A stretch of DNA of 64,000 nucleotides from an uncultured Dehalococcoidia bacterium. GTDB lineage: Bacteria; Chloroflexota; Dehalococcoidia; Lucifugimonadales; GCA-2712585. Below, in pieces: positions 19,471 to 29,353 of the stretch (its first letter is position 1; every line of letters starts with the position of its first letter). The stretch is from the NCBI GenBank assembly GCA_958295715.1, contig OY282371.1, forward strand, positions 1,175,261 through 1,239,260, in the 5' to 3' direction. A program made the position numbers and the translations under genes. Below the pieces are notes generated by a model that worked only from the letters and a program-made list of their open reading frames with translations, did not search any database and had not been told where the DNA came from.

Positions 19471-20695
19471 GAGAACCCTTGAAGACCTGGAGGTTGAAGG
19501 GAAGGTCGTACTCCTACGCGCCGACTTCAACATCCCCATACCCGACTCCGGGCCTGAAGCCCTTGGGGGCCGCGACCACCGGCTCCGAGCGGCCCTGCCC
19601 ACCATCCGGCGCCTGCTGGACAGGAACTGCAAGATACTGCTGTGTTCGCACCTGGGCAGACCCAAGGGCAGGGTGGTGGAGGCCCTGCGAATGGCCCCCA
19701 TAGCCGCCCGCCTAGCCGGCATCCTCTCCCGGCCCGTGGAGGCCCTTGACGACTGCATAGGCCCCGGCGTGGAGGGCCGCGTCTCCCGGATGAGGCCGGG
19801 GGACATCCTAATGCTGGAAAACCTGCGGTTCCACCCCGGAGAGGAGGCGAACGACCCTGAATTCGCCAAGGCCCTGGCGTCACTGGCCGGCGTATTCGTC
19901 CTCGACGCCTTCGGGGCCGCCCATCGCGCCCACGCCTCCATAGTGGGGCCGCCTCAGCATCTGCCCTCGGCCATGGGCCTGCTGCTGCAACGTGAAGTGG
20001 AGGCCATAGGCGGGGCCTTGGAGTCCCCCCAACGCCCCCTCGCCACGGTCCTCGGCGGGGCCAAGGTCAGCGACAAGATAAAGCTCATCGAGAACCTGGT
20101 CGCACGGGCAGACCTGCTGCTCATTGGCGGCGGGATGGGGGCCGCCTTCCTCAAGGCCCAGGGCGTCTCCGTTGGCGCCTCGCCCGTGGAGGAGGACCAG
20201 TTGGACCGCGCCGCCGGCCTCTTGGCGGCGGCTAGGGGGAAAAATACGCCTATCCATCTACCCGTGGACGTCGTAGTATCCTCGGAATTCAGCCGCGACC
20301 CTTCTAAAGTCCAATGCGCGCCCGTCGACCGGATACCGGAGGGATGCCAGATAATGGACATTGGCCCCCGAACGGTTGAGGAGTTTTCCGACCGCCTGTC
20401 CCGGTGCGGGACCGTCATATGGAACGGGCCCGTGGGCGTCTTTGAATATCCCAGGTTCTCCGCCGGCACCAAGGGCGTGGCCGAGGCCTTGGCGTCCCTC
20501 GACGCCACAACTATAATTGGGGGCGGCTCGACGGCGGAGGCAGTCGCTTCCCTCGGCTTGAGCCACCGCATGACCCACGTTTCCAGCGGCGGCGGCGCCA
20601 TGATAGAGTTCATGGAGGGTAAAGACCTGCCGGGAATCGCGGCCCTGCCGCGTAAGCAAAACGCCTTAGCCCATTCCCAAGAGAAGATTTATTGA
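19463..20695 (+). CDS. pgk: Phosphoglycerate kinase
   Basis: RADFN.P, SHLGRPKG, LENLRF, GGAKVSDK, WNGP and SGGGA motifs. Confidence 0.97.
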   Translation: MNKRTLEDLEVEGKVVLLRADFNIPIPDSGPEALGGRDHRLRAALPTIRRLLDRNCKILLCSHLGRPKGRVVEALRMAPIAARLAGILSRPVEALDDCIGPGVEGRVSRMRPGDILMLENLRFHPGEEANDPEFAKALASLAGVFVLDAFGAAHRAHASIVGPPQHLPSAMGLLLQREVEAIGGALESPQRPLATVLGGAKVSDKIKLIENLVARADLLLIGGGMGAAFLKAQGVSVGASPVEEDQLDRAAGLLAAARGKNTPIHLPVDVVVSSEFSRDPSKVQCAPVDRIPEGCQIMDIGPRTVEEFSDRLSRCGTVIWNGPVGVFEYPRFSAGTKGVAEALASLDATTIIGGGSTAEAVASLGLSHRMTHVSSGGGAMIEFMEGKDLPGIAALPRKQNALAHSQEKIY

Positions 20696-20728
20696 CATAA
20701 GCGGCACCGCCATGAAGAAGAGCGCCCA

Positions 20729-21937
20729 ATGATTGACCTCCCCCTGCTCCGGGACTGCTTCGCCAGTTCCGACGCGAAAATCGTCATGCTGGTCGTAGAC
20801 GGCTTGGGCGGCGCGCCCCACCCCGACACGGGGAAATCCGAGTTGGAAGCGGCCAAGCTTCCCAATCTAAACGCCCTCGCTCAACGGAGCGCCTTGGGAC
20901 TCACCATCCCCGTCCTCCCCGGCGTCACCCCGGGCAGCGGCCCCGGGCACATGGCCCTGTTCGGCTACGACCCCCTCAAGCACGTCATCGGCCGGGGCGC
21001 CCTGGAGGCCATGGGCGTGGCGGGCGTGGATTTTCAGGATGGCGACGTGGTGGCCAGGGGCAACTTCTGCACCGTGGACGCCAACGGCCTCCTGGTGGAC
21101 CGCAGGGCCGGGCGCATCCCCTCCAGGCTCAGCGAACCCCTCTGCCGCGAGTTGGACAGGATAAAGGTGGATTCCATCGATATCCGAGTCTATCCGGTAA
21201 TGGACTACAGGTTCGTGCTGCGTATGCGCGGCGACGGCCTCTCCGACGACCTCACGGAGATGGACCCCCAGCGCACCGGGGTTCCCCTTCAAAACGTGAA
21301 GGCCCTCAGCATAAAGGCCAAGAGCGCCGCCGAGGCCTGCAACGAGTTCGTGCGCCAGGCCCGCCAACTCCTCATGGACGAGGAACGGGCCAACATGGTT
21401 ATACTCAGAGGCTTCTCCGGAATGCCCCACATGCCATCCATGGCCCGCGCCTACGGGCTCAACCCCGCCGCCATCGCCGCCTACCCCATGTACAGGGGGC
21501 TGGCGTCTATCTTGGGAATGACGGTCCTGCCCACCGGGGCCACCTTTGAGGATGAGTTGGATACCCTGGAGGCGCGCTACCACGAGCACGACTTCTTCTT
21601 CATCCACTACAAGCACACCGACACCGCCGGGGAGGACGGCGATTTTGACGCCAAGATGAAGGCCCTGGAGGATTTGGACTCCTATCTGCCGCGGCTCCTC
21701 GACCTGCGCCCCGACGTTCTGCTCATAGCGGGTGACCACTCCACCCCGTCAATCATGGCCAACCACAGCTGGCACCCGGTCCCGTTGCTGCTGCACTCCA
21801 AGTGGACCGGCGGCGAGAGGTCGGACGGCTTCAGCGAGAGGACGTGCGCCCGCGGCTCTCTGGGAACCATCAAGGCCATACACGTCATGCTCATGGCCAT
21901 GGCCCACGCGGGGAAGATGTCCAGGTTCGGAGCCTAG
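20729..21937 (+). CDS. apgM: 2,3-bisphosphoglycerate-independent phosphoglycerate mutase (ApgM type)
   Basis: DGLGG, TPGSGPGH, LFGYDP, GDHSTP and HSWHPVP motifs. Confidence 0.9.
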   Translation: MIDLPLLRDCFASSDAKIVMLVVDGLGGAPHPDTGKSELEAAKLPNLNALAQRSALGLTIPVLPGVTPGSGPGHMALFGYDPLKHVIGRGALEAMGVAGVDFQDGDVVARGNFCTVDANGLLVDRRAGRIPSRLSEPLCRELDRIKVDSIDIRVYPVMDYRFVLRMRGDGLSDDLTEMDPQRTGVPLQNVKALSIKAKSAAEACNEFVRQARQLLMDEERANMVILRGFSGMPHMPSMARAYGLNPAAIAAYPMYRGLASILGMTVLPTGATFEDELDTLEARYHEHDFFFIHYKHTDTAGEDGDFDAKMKALEDLDSYLPRLLDLRPDVLLIAGDHSTPSIMANHSWHPVPLLLHSKWTGGERSDGFSERTCARGSLGTIKAIHVMLMAMAHAGKMSRFGA

Positions 21938-21941
21938 CCCC

Positions 21942-22715
21942 ATGCCTCCATGCCTAGCCGTCGGCAACTGGAAGATGAACACCGGCGTCGCCGAGGCGGT
22001 GGCCCTGGCATCATCCATAAGAAATGGGCTGGAAAGCCCGGCCCCCCGCGGCGTGGAGACCGTCATCTGCCCCCCCTTCATATCACTGGCCCCCGTGATG
22101 GACGCCATTAGCGGCTCGCCCATAAAGCTCGGCGCCCAAAACGCCTACTCACGGCCCAGCGGGGCCTTCACCGGCGAGATATCGCCCCAAATGCTGGCCG
22201 ACTTCTGCCAGTACGTCATCCTTGGGCACTCGGAGCGCAGGCACGTTATGGGGGAAGACGAGGGCCTGATAGCGGAAAAGACCGTGGCCGCCGTAGCCGC
22301 CGGTCTCCAGCCCATCCTCTGCGTTGGAGAGACCCTGGAGGAGCGACAGCGCGGCGACGCCGGCGCGGTGACACGGCGGCAGATAAGGACGGCCTTGGCC
22401 GGCGTCCCCACCGCCGGTGGGCTGGTCATCGCCTACGAGCCGGTTTGGGCCATCGGAACCGGCGTCCCCGCCACCCCCGCCGCCGTGGTTGACATAACCG
22501 CCGGCGCCATACGGGAGGAGCTGGCCGACCGCTACGGCGAGACGGCTTCCAGCCAAGTCCCGGTCCTCTATGGAGGAAGCGTGAATCCCCAAAACGTGGC
22601 TGACTTCCTGCGGGAACCCAGCATCCAGGGCGCCCTTGTGGGGGGAGCCAGCCTCAACGCCGGCCAGTTTATCCAGATAGTGAGGCTCACCGCAGAGATA
22701 AAAGGGCCGGCCTAA
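21942..22715 (+). CDS. tpiA: Triosephosphate isomerase
   Basis: GNWKMN, GHSERR, AYEPVWAIGTG and YGGSV motifs. Confidence 0.97.
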   Translation: MPPCLAVGNWKMNTGVAEAVALASSIRNGLESPAPRGVETVICPPFISLAPVMDAISGSPIKLGAQNAYSRPSGAFTGEISPQMLADFCQYVILGHSERRHVMGEDEGLIAEKTVAAVAAGLQPILCVGETLEERQRGDAGAVTRRQIRTALAGVPTAGGLVIAYEPVWAIGTGVPATPAAVVDITAGAIREELADRYGETASSQVPVLYGGSVNPQNVADFLREPSIQGALVGGASLNAGQFIQIVRLTAEIKGPA

Positions 22716-23678
22716 GTGGACCGCGCCAACCCTCCCCTCATTGCCATCGTGGGGCCAACCGCCGTGGGCAAGAGCCGCCTGGCCCTCGCCTTGGCCCGGT
22801 CCCTGGGCGGCGAGATAATCAACGCCGACAGCCGCCAGGTCTACCTTGGCATGGACATAGGCTCGGCAAAGCCCACGCCCGAGGAACGCTCCCTGGCCCC
22901 GCACCACCTGCTAGACGTCCGCCGCCCCGACGAGACCTTCAGCCTGGGCATCTTCCTCCAAATGGCCAAGGACGCCATCCAAGAGGCGCGGGGCCGCGGC
23001 CGAGTCCCCCTGCTGGTGGGCGGCTCCGGGCAGTACGTGTGGGCCCTGCTGGAGGGTTGGCGGCTTCCCAAGGCGGCCCCCAACCCAACCCTCAGGGCCG
23101 ACCTAGAGCTTCAGGCCAGCCGCCGCGGCCTCTGGCCCCTCTACCAGCTGCTCCAGGCCGTCGCGCCCCAGGCAGCCGGGAAAACCGACCCCAAGAACCC
23201 GCGCCGGGTCATCCGCGCCCTTGAAGTCCACTTTGCGGGAGGAACCAACCCGCCCCTCAAAACAGCCGCAGACGCCGCCCCGGGGCCATCCCTGGTTCTG
23301 GGGCTTACCCTAGACCGGCCAGAGTTGTACCGCAGAATCGATGCCCGCGTAGACCGGATGATGGCCCAAGGCTTCGTTGAGGAGACCCGGCGTCTGCTTG
23401 ATGCGGGATACCCCCCCGACCTGCCCTCCATGTCGGCCGTTGGCTACCGCGAGTTGGCCACCCACATCCGGGGAGACATCCCCCTCGACGAGGCGGTGAG
23501 GGCCATAAAATACGCCACCCACCGGATAGCGCGCAAACAATACGCCTGGTTCCGGCCCAAAGACCCCCGCATCCACTGGATCCAGGCCGACGGCCACGAG
23601 ACGGAGGCCGCCCTAGAGAAGGCCCGTGAGTTCCTGGGCCGGTGTGATAAAATAGCCCCTAAAGAGGCCATAGCGTAA
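22716..23678 (+). CDS. miaA: tRNA dimethylallyltransferase
   Basis: GPTAVGKS, DSRQVY.GMDIG.AKP and ARKQ..WF motifs. Confidence 0.96.
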   Translation: MDRANPPLIAIVGPTAVGKSRLALALARSLGGEIINADSRQVYLGMDIGSAKPTPEERSLAPHHLLDVRRPDETFSLGIFLQMAKDAIQEARGRGRVPLLVGGSGQYVWALLEGWRLPKAAPNPTLRADLELQASRRGLWPLYQLLQAVAPQAAGKTDPKNPRRVIRALEVHFAGGTNPPLKTAADAAPGPSLVLGLTLDRPELYRRIDARVDRMMAQGFVEETRRLLDAGYPPDLPSMSAVGYRELATHIRGDIPLDEAVRAIKYATHRIARKQYAWFRPKDPRIHWIQADGHETEAALEKAREFLGRCDKIAPKEAIA

Positions 23679-23705
23679 CCACAATGCCCGCCAACCATAC
23701 CCACC

Positions 23706-24003
23706 CTATCCGTCATTCCCGCGCAGGCGGGAATCCAGGAAGCCCACACCGCAAACCAACCCTCTTCAAACCAAAGTGGGCGCACGCGCCCTGCCCCCCC
23801 TATCCGCATTCCCGCGCAGGCGGGAATCCAGGAAGCCCACACCGCAAACCAACCCTCTTCAAACCAAAGTGGGCGCACGCGCCCTGCCCCCCCTATCCGC
23901 ATTCCCGCCCCCCCTTTCCGTCATTCCCGCGCAGGCGGGAATCCATCCCGGCCCGGGGGGACGCCTATCTGCCCGCGCCGGTCATTCCCGCGCAGACGGG
24001 AGG
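23706..24003. repeat. Palindromic repeat cluster 3 with a ~92-bp tandem duplication
   Basis: ATTCCCGCGCAGGCGGGAATCCAGGAAG...GTGGGCGCACGCGCCC unit duplicated, plus further copies. Confidence 0.92.
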
Positions 24004-24085
24004 AAGCCAGGCCATCAAGGCCGCCCATAACCGCCACACACCCTGATATCTGTCCAAAAAACCCAAAGAAGGAGACGCGCCGCCA

Positions 24086-24946
24086 ATGAAGTTCACCAAG
24101 ATGGAGGGCTGCGGCAACGACTACATATACGTGGACGCCCGCGCCACTGAAGCCGACTGGCCGGCCCTCTCCCGCGCCATGAGCGACCGGCACTTCGGCA
24201 TTGGCAGCGACGGCCTCATCCTGGTCATGGAGTCCCAGCGCGCCGACCTGAAGATGCGCATGTTCAACGCCGACGGCTCCGAGGGCGAGATGTGCGGCAA
24301 CGGCATCCGCTGCTTCACGAAGTTCGCCCTTGAGCGGGACATGGCCGCGGCCTCCGACAACGGCCTAAGGGTGGAAACCATGTCGGGGGTCCGCACCGTG
24401 GTCCCCATACGACAGGAGGGCGTCATCACCGGGGCCAGGGTGTCCATGGGCGCGCCGCGGCTCCTTCCCCACGAGACGCCGGTGACGGTGGACCTGGCCC
24501 AGGCGCAGCGCGTCGGCGACGCCGTGGTCGACTACCCCCTCACCATCGACGGCGTCGACCTCCGGCTGACCTTCGTATCCATGGGGAACCCTCACGCCGT
24601 GGCCTTCATCCAACAGCCCGTGAGCCGGTTTCCCCTGCGCGAAATCGGCCCCAAGGTAGAGAACCACCCCATGTTTCCCAACCGTGTCAACTTCGAGATA
24701 GTAAACCCGGTGGAGAGGGGTAGGGTGGACGCCAGGGTGTGGGAGCGGGGAAGCGGCGAGACCATGGCCTGCGGCAGCGGGGCCTGCGCCATCACCGTGG
24801 CCGCCAGGCTTAAGGGCTTGAGCGACGGCGCCCTTGAAGTCCGACTGCCCGGCGGCGCCCTCGCCGTCGAGTGGGACGGCATTGGTGAAGTGTTCCTGCA
24901 AGGCCCGGCCACCGAGGTCTTCACCGGCCACTGGAAGACTCCCTAG
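24086..24946 (+). CDS. dapF: Diaminopimelate epimerase
   Basis: KMEG.GND, EMCGNGIRC, SMGNPH and ERGSGET.ACGSG motifs. Confidence 0.97.
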   Translation: MKFTKMEGCGNDYIYVDARATEADWPALSRAMSDRHFGIGSDGLILVMESQRADLKMRMFNADGSEGEMCGNGIRCFTKFALERDMAAASDNGLRVETMSGVRTVVPIRQEGVITGARVSMGAPRLLPHETPVTVDLAQAQRVGDAVVDYPLTIDGVDLRLTFVSMGNPHAVAFIQQPVSRFPLREIGPKVENHPMFPNRVNFEIVNPVERGRVDARVWERGSGETMACGSGACAITVAARLKGLSDGALEVRLPGGALAVEWDGIGEVFLQGPATEVFTGHWKTP

Positions 24947-25078
24947 CCCCTGCACGGCCGCCATACGCCCCCGGGCCGCGCGCCAACCGCGCGCCGCCCT
25001 GGTCTTGGCAGACGACGCGTCCCCTGTGGGCGGCGTCCTCCCCTGGCCCCTCTCTCCCCGGCCTCGCGCAACCCGCCT

Positions 25079-25160
25079 GCATTCCCGCTCCCTCTCATCC
25101 GTCATTCCCGCCCCCCCCCTCCTGTCCGTCATTCCCGCGCAGGCGGGAATCCAGGAAGCC
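25079..25160 (+). repeat. Palindromic repeat cluster 4
   Basis: Two half-sites plus a full GTCATTCCCGCGCAGGCGGGAATCCAGG. Confidence 0.88.
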
Positions 25161-25372
25161 TACACAGCAAAACCAACGCCCCAAACTCCAAGGCCACCCG
25201 TTGGGGCTTCTCTCGTGGCCGCCCTTCTCCCCCCAACCGGACGGGAAAGGGGTAGAGGGGCATGGCAGCCGGCATTCGCGCCCTTCCCCCATCCCCCAGC
25301 CCCCTCTAAAGTTGCGCCCCAAAGCCTCAACCGATATATTCTAGCCGAGGATACCTGAACAAGGAGGTCACC

Positions 25373-25705
25373 ATGCCTTTGCCAGCCTTTCTCATTGCAG
25401 CGCTCAAAGCCGCTCCCCTGCTTGCGACAGCGGCGGCCAAGGTGCATGAAACCCTTAGCAAGGCCAAGCCGAAGACGGCCCCAACGGAGGACGTCCGGGC
25501 CGCTCTTGACCACCTCAGAGAGCAGGTTGAGCGGCTAGAGGCCAACTCCCTTCAGCAGGCGGAGCTGGTCTCCCAGATAGCAGCCCAAGGCGAAGCCCTC
25601 GCCCAGGGTGTCAGCGCGCTGGCCCGCCGCATCAAGCTAATGGAACTGTCCATCGCCGGGGCCTCCATGGTCGCCGTAACCGCCCTGGTAGTGGCCCTGG
25701 TATAG
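25373..25705 (+). CDS. Hypothetical coiled-coil protein with C-terminal TM helix
   Basis: AAGGAGG RBS; heptad-like middle; hydrophobic tail. Confidence 0.7.
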   Translation: MPLPAFLIAALKAAPLLATAAAKVHETLSKAKPKTAPTEDVRAALDHLREQVERLEANSLQQAELVSQIAAQGEALAQGVSALARRIKLMELSIAGASMVAVTALVVALV

Positions 25706-25754
25706 GCGTGCATTTTTACACTTCGCGCCAAAATTAGACACACGAGTTGACATA

Positions 25755-26933
25755 ATGAAATTTTCGAAACGCCTGGACCAACTCCCCGCCTATCCCTTCG
25801 TGGAGATATCCCGCGTCATCGCCCGGAAGCGGGCCGAGGGGGCCGACGTGGTGACCTTTGGCATCGGCGACCCCGACATCCCCACACCATCCCCCATCAT
25901 CGACCGGCTGGCCCGCGCGTCCCGCGACCCCGCCAACCACCGCTACCCCGAGACCGACGGCCTTCCCCAGGTCCGGGAGGCCATCGCCGCCTGGTACAAG
26001 ACCCGATTCGGCGTTGACCACCTGGACCCCGCCTCTGAGACCCTGCCCCTGATAGGCGCCAAGGAGGGCATCGGCCACGCCGCCTTCTGCTTCCTGGACC
26101 CGGGCGACGTGGCCCTGGTTCCCGACCCCGCCTATCCCGTCTACGACGCCGGGACCCTCTTCGCCGGCGCCGACTCCCACCACATGCCCCTCACCCAGGA
26201 GAACGGCTGGCTGCCGGACCTGAGCGCCGTTCCCGCCGAAGTGGCCAAAAGGGCCAAGGTCCTTTGGCTCAACTACCCCAACAACCCCACGGGGGCCGTG
26301 GCCGGGGCCGGCTACTATCGACAGGCCATCGACTTCGCCCGCCAGCACGACGTAGCCCTCCTCCACGACGCCGCCTATAGCGAGGTGGTCTACGACGGCT
26401 ACAAGGCCCTGAGCTTCATGGAGATAGACGGCGCAAAGGACGTGGGCATCGAGTTCCACTCCCTCTCCAAGTGCTTCAACATGACCGGCTGGCGCTTCGG
26501 CTCCGTGGTGGGCAACGCCGACATGATTCAGGCCCTATTCAAGATAAAGTCCAACCTAGACTCCGGCATCCCCCAGGCCATTCAGGAGATGGCCATTGAG
26601 GCCCTCACAGGCCCGCAGAACCACATTGACGAGAACAACGCCATATACCAGAGCCGCCGGGACAGGGTGATGGACGCCCTCATCCATATAGGACTCCGGG
26701 TGGAGGCTCCGAAGGCCGCCCTGTACCTGTGGGCGAGAGTCCCGGAAGGATACACCTCGGCCTCCTTCACCGCCCAACTCCTTGACGACACGGACATCGT
26801 GGTGACGCCGGGCTCCAGCTACGGCGCCGGCGGCGAGGGGTACATACGCCTATCCCTCACCACCCCCGACGAGATGGTGGACAAGGGAATTCAACGGCTG
26901 CGCTCCTGGCGTATCCCGCCGCCCAAGGAGTAA
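25755..26933 (+). CDS. dapL: LL-diaminopimelate aminotransferase
   Basis: [19 protein letters not shown] and SLSK.FNMTGWR motifs; next to dapF. Confidence 0.88.
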   Translation: MKFSKRLDQLPAYPFVEISRVIARKRAEGADVVTFGIGDPDIPTPSPIIDRLARASRDPANHRYPETDGLPQVREAIAAWYKTRFGVDHLDPASETLPLIGAKEGIGHAAFCFLDPGDVALVPDPAYPVYDAGTLFAGADSHHMPLTQENGWLPDLSAVPAEVAKRAKVLWLNYPNNPTGAVAGAGYYRQAIDFARQHDVALLHDAAYSEVVYDGYKALSFMEIDGAKDVGIEFHSLSKCFNMTGWRFGSVVGNADMIQALFKIKSNLDSGIPQAIQEMAIEALTGPQNHIDENNAIYQSRRDRVMDALIHIGLRVEAPKAALYLWARVPEGYTSASFTAQLLDDTDIVVTPGSSYGAGGEGYIRLSLTTPDEMVDKGIQRLRSWRIPPPKE

Positions 26934-26938
26934 GGCCA

Positions 26939-28069
26939 ATACCCAAGAGAACCCTGCCGAACCTGTCCGAACCCGAAGGCGCCCTGCTGGTTGGGGCGCA
27001 TCTAAAGGGAACTGGCGCCCTGTGGGGGCTGGAAAGCTCCCTTGAGGAACTGGCCCAACTCACCGCGACGGCCGGCGGCCGGGTAGTGGCCACCGTCAGC
27101 CAGCAGTTGGAAAAGCCCACCCCCTACTACGTGGGCAAGGGCAAGCTGGAGGAGATAAGGGAACTCAAGGCAGACCTGCACGCGGACCTTGTCATCTTTG
27201 ACGACGAGCTCACCCCTACCCAGCAGCGAAACTTGGAGCAGGCCCTGGGCGAAAAGGTCATCGACCGCACCGCCTTGATACTAGACATCTTCGCCCGTCA
27301 CGCCCGCACCCGCGAGGGGCAGTTGCAGGTGAGGCTGGCCCAACACCAGTACCTGCTGCCGCGGCTGGCGGGCCAGTGGTCCCACCTGGAGCGGCTGGGA
27401 GGCGGCATCGGCACCCGCGGCCCCGGCGAGACCCAGATAGAAACTGACCGCCGCCTTATACGAGGGGCCATCAAGCGGCTGAAGGCCGAGATAGACGGGG
27501 TGAAACGCAGCAGAACCCTCCACCGCAACCGGCGCAGGAAGTCGGGGCTGCCGGTGACCTCCTTGGTGGGCTACACCAACGCGGGCAAGAGCACCCTCTT
27601 CAACACCCTATCCAGGGCCGGCGTGACCTCCGAGAACCGGCTCTTCTCCACCCTCGACACGGTCACCCGGCGGATACGGCTCCCCTTCGGCGACGAGATG
27701 CTCTTGACCGACACGGTGGGCTTCATCAACAAGCTGCCCCCCACCGTGGTGTCGGCCTTCCACGCCACCCTTGAAGACTTGCAGGACGCCGACCTCCTTC
27801 TACACGTCGTCGACGCGTCCAACCCCATGGCCTCGCAGCAGGCCCAGGCCGTTGAGGAAACCTTGGAGCAGTTGGGGCTGGAGGACAGGGCCAAGCTCCT
27901 GGTCCTCAACAAGATAGACGCGGCCCAGGGCAACGGCGCCCGCGACATACCCTTGAACCCCCGCTACCGGAGAGTGTCCGTCTCCGCCACGAAGGGGTGG
28001 AACATCGACGGCCTCCTGAACGGCATTCAGGACGTCCTGGTCAGGGAATGGGTCGCAAAAGCCATCTAA
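26939..28069 (+). CDS. hflX: Ribosome-splitting GTPase HflX (probable ATA start)
   Basis: [33 protein letters not shown] and NKID motifs; N-terminal homology extends upstream of GTG 27086. Confidence 0.93.
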   Translation: MPKRTLPNLSEPEGALLVGAHLKGTGALWGLESSLEELAQLTATAGGRVVATVSQQLEKPTPYYVGKGKLEEIRELKADLHADLVIFDDELTPTQQRNLEQALGEKVIDRTALILDIFARHARTREGQLQVRLAQHQYLLPRLAGQWSHLERLGGGIGTRGPGETQIETDRRLIRGAIKRLKAEIDGVKRSRTLHRNRRRKSGLPVTSLVGYTNAGKSTLFNTLSRAGVTSENRLFSTLDTVTRRIRLPFGDEMLLTDTVGFINKLPPTVVSAFHATLEDLQDADLLLHVVDASNPMASQQAQAVEETLEQLGLEDRAKLLVLNKIDAAQGNGARDIPLNPRYRRVSVSATKGWNIDGLLNGIQDVLVREWVAKAI

Positions 28070-28330
28070 CCGGCCAATGGGGTGGAACATTGACGGCCTG
28101 CTGGACGGCATTCAGGACGTCCTGGTTAGAGAATGGGTCGCCAAAGTCGTCTGACCGGCCAATGGGATGGAACATCAACGGCCTACTGGACGGCATTCAG
28201 GACGTCCTGGTCAGGGAATGGGTCGCCAAAGCCATCTAACCGGCCGATGAGATGGAACATCGACGGCCTGCTGGACGGCATTCAGGACGTCCTGGTCAGG
28301 GAATGGGTCGCCAAAGCCGTCTGACCGGCC
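27995..28330 (+). repeat. 85-bp tandem array x4 of the hflX 3' end
   Basis: Units start at 27995, 28080, 28165 and 28250. Confidence 0.95.
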
Positions 28331-28540
28331 TGTAACCCGATATTCAAAAAATTACCTGTTGGTTCGCACAATAAATGTTATGTTATCTAAGGGCCTCGTT
28401 TTTTCCAGGGTTTACATAATAACGCCCCTCCCCGGCTGAATCCGCCCCCCACCCCCCGCATCCCCTTCCCCTCCGCCAAGCAGGGCGGCCGGCGTTCCCC
28501 GCCACGCGCCCGCCACCCCATGTCGTTCCGCGCCCTCCTT

Positions 28541-29250
28541 CCGGCATTCCCGCGCAGGCGGGAAGGGCGCGTGCGCCCACTTAGTTTTGAAGAGCGATGG
28601 TTCTCCGGCGCGAGGTTTCTGCCGTCCCGCCCACCTTCCCGTCATTCCCGCGAAGGCGGGAATCCATCCCCTCCTGTTACCGTTTGACGCCGGCTCCCTT
28701 GGCTTGATGGGGCGTGAGAAGGGCGCAGTGGCGATTGGCGAAGGGTTTCTGGATTCCCGTTTCGGCGGGGGTGACGGGCAGGTGGGTGGGAATTAAAGAG
28801 AAGTGACGCAGTTATGAGGCTGGCGGGGCGCGCTCCGCCGGCTGGATTCGCGATGAAGGGGGAGGGGATGGATTCCCGCCTGCGCGGGAATGACGGAAAG
28901 GGGGGGAATGCGGATAGGGGGCCAGAAGCCTCCAACGCAGAACCGGCCCTCTTCGAAACTTACGTGCGCGCACGCGCCCTTCCCGCCTGCGCGGGAATGA
29001 CGGAAAGGGGGGTGGTCGGGAATGCGGATAGTGGGGCCAGAAGCCTCCAACGCAGAACCGGCCCTCTTCGAAACTTACGTGGGCGCACGCGCCCTTCCCG
29101 CCTGCGCGGGAATGACGGGAAGGGGGGCGGGAATGCGGATAGGGGGGCCAGAAGCCCCCAGCCAGAACCAACGCTCTTGAAAACTAAGTGGGCGCACGCG
29201 CCCTTCCCGCCTGCGCGGGAGTGACGGATGAGAGGGGTCGGGAATGCGGA
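28541..29250. repeat. Palindromic repeat cluster 5
   Basis: Forward copies at 28545-28668; inverted copies at 28748-29250, including ~120-bp tandem units. Confidence 0.92.
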
Positions 29251-29353
29251 AAGGGGCAGGCCGCCGGCCCCGGCGCGGCGTCCCTCTATGCCATTCTCAT
29301 AGAGTGGTACAATGGGGGGAGATTTCCTGGCGCGACGAGGTGCGATAGCTCCC

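Noticed and set aside
27995-28330. Diversity-generating retroelement VR/TR pair
   Set aside because: Differences are not adenine-specific relative to one template, no reverse transcriptase is present, and the target is a core GTPase.
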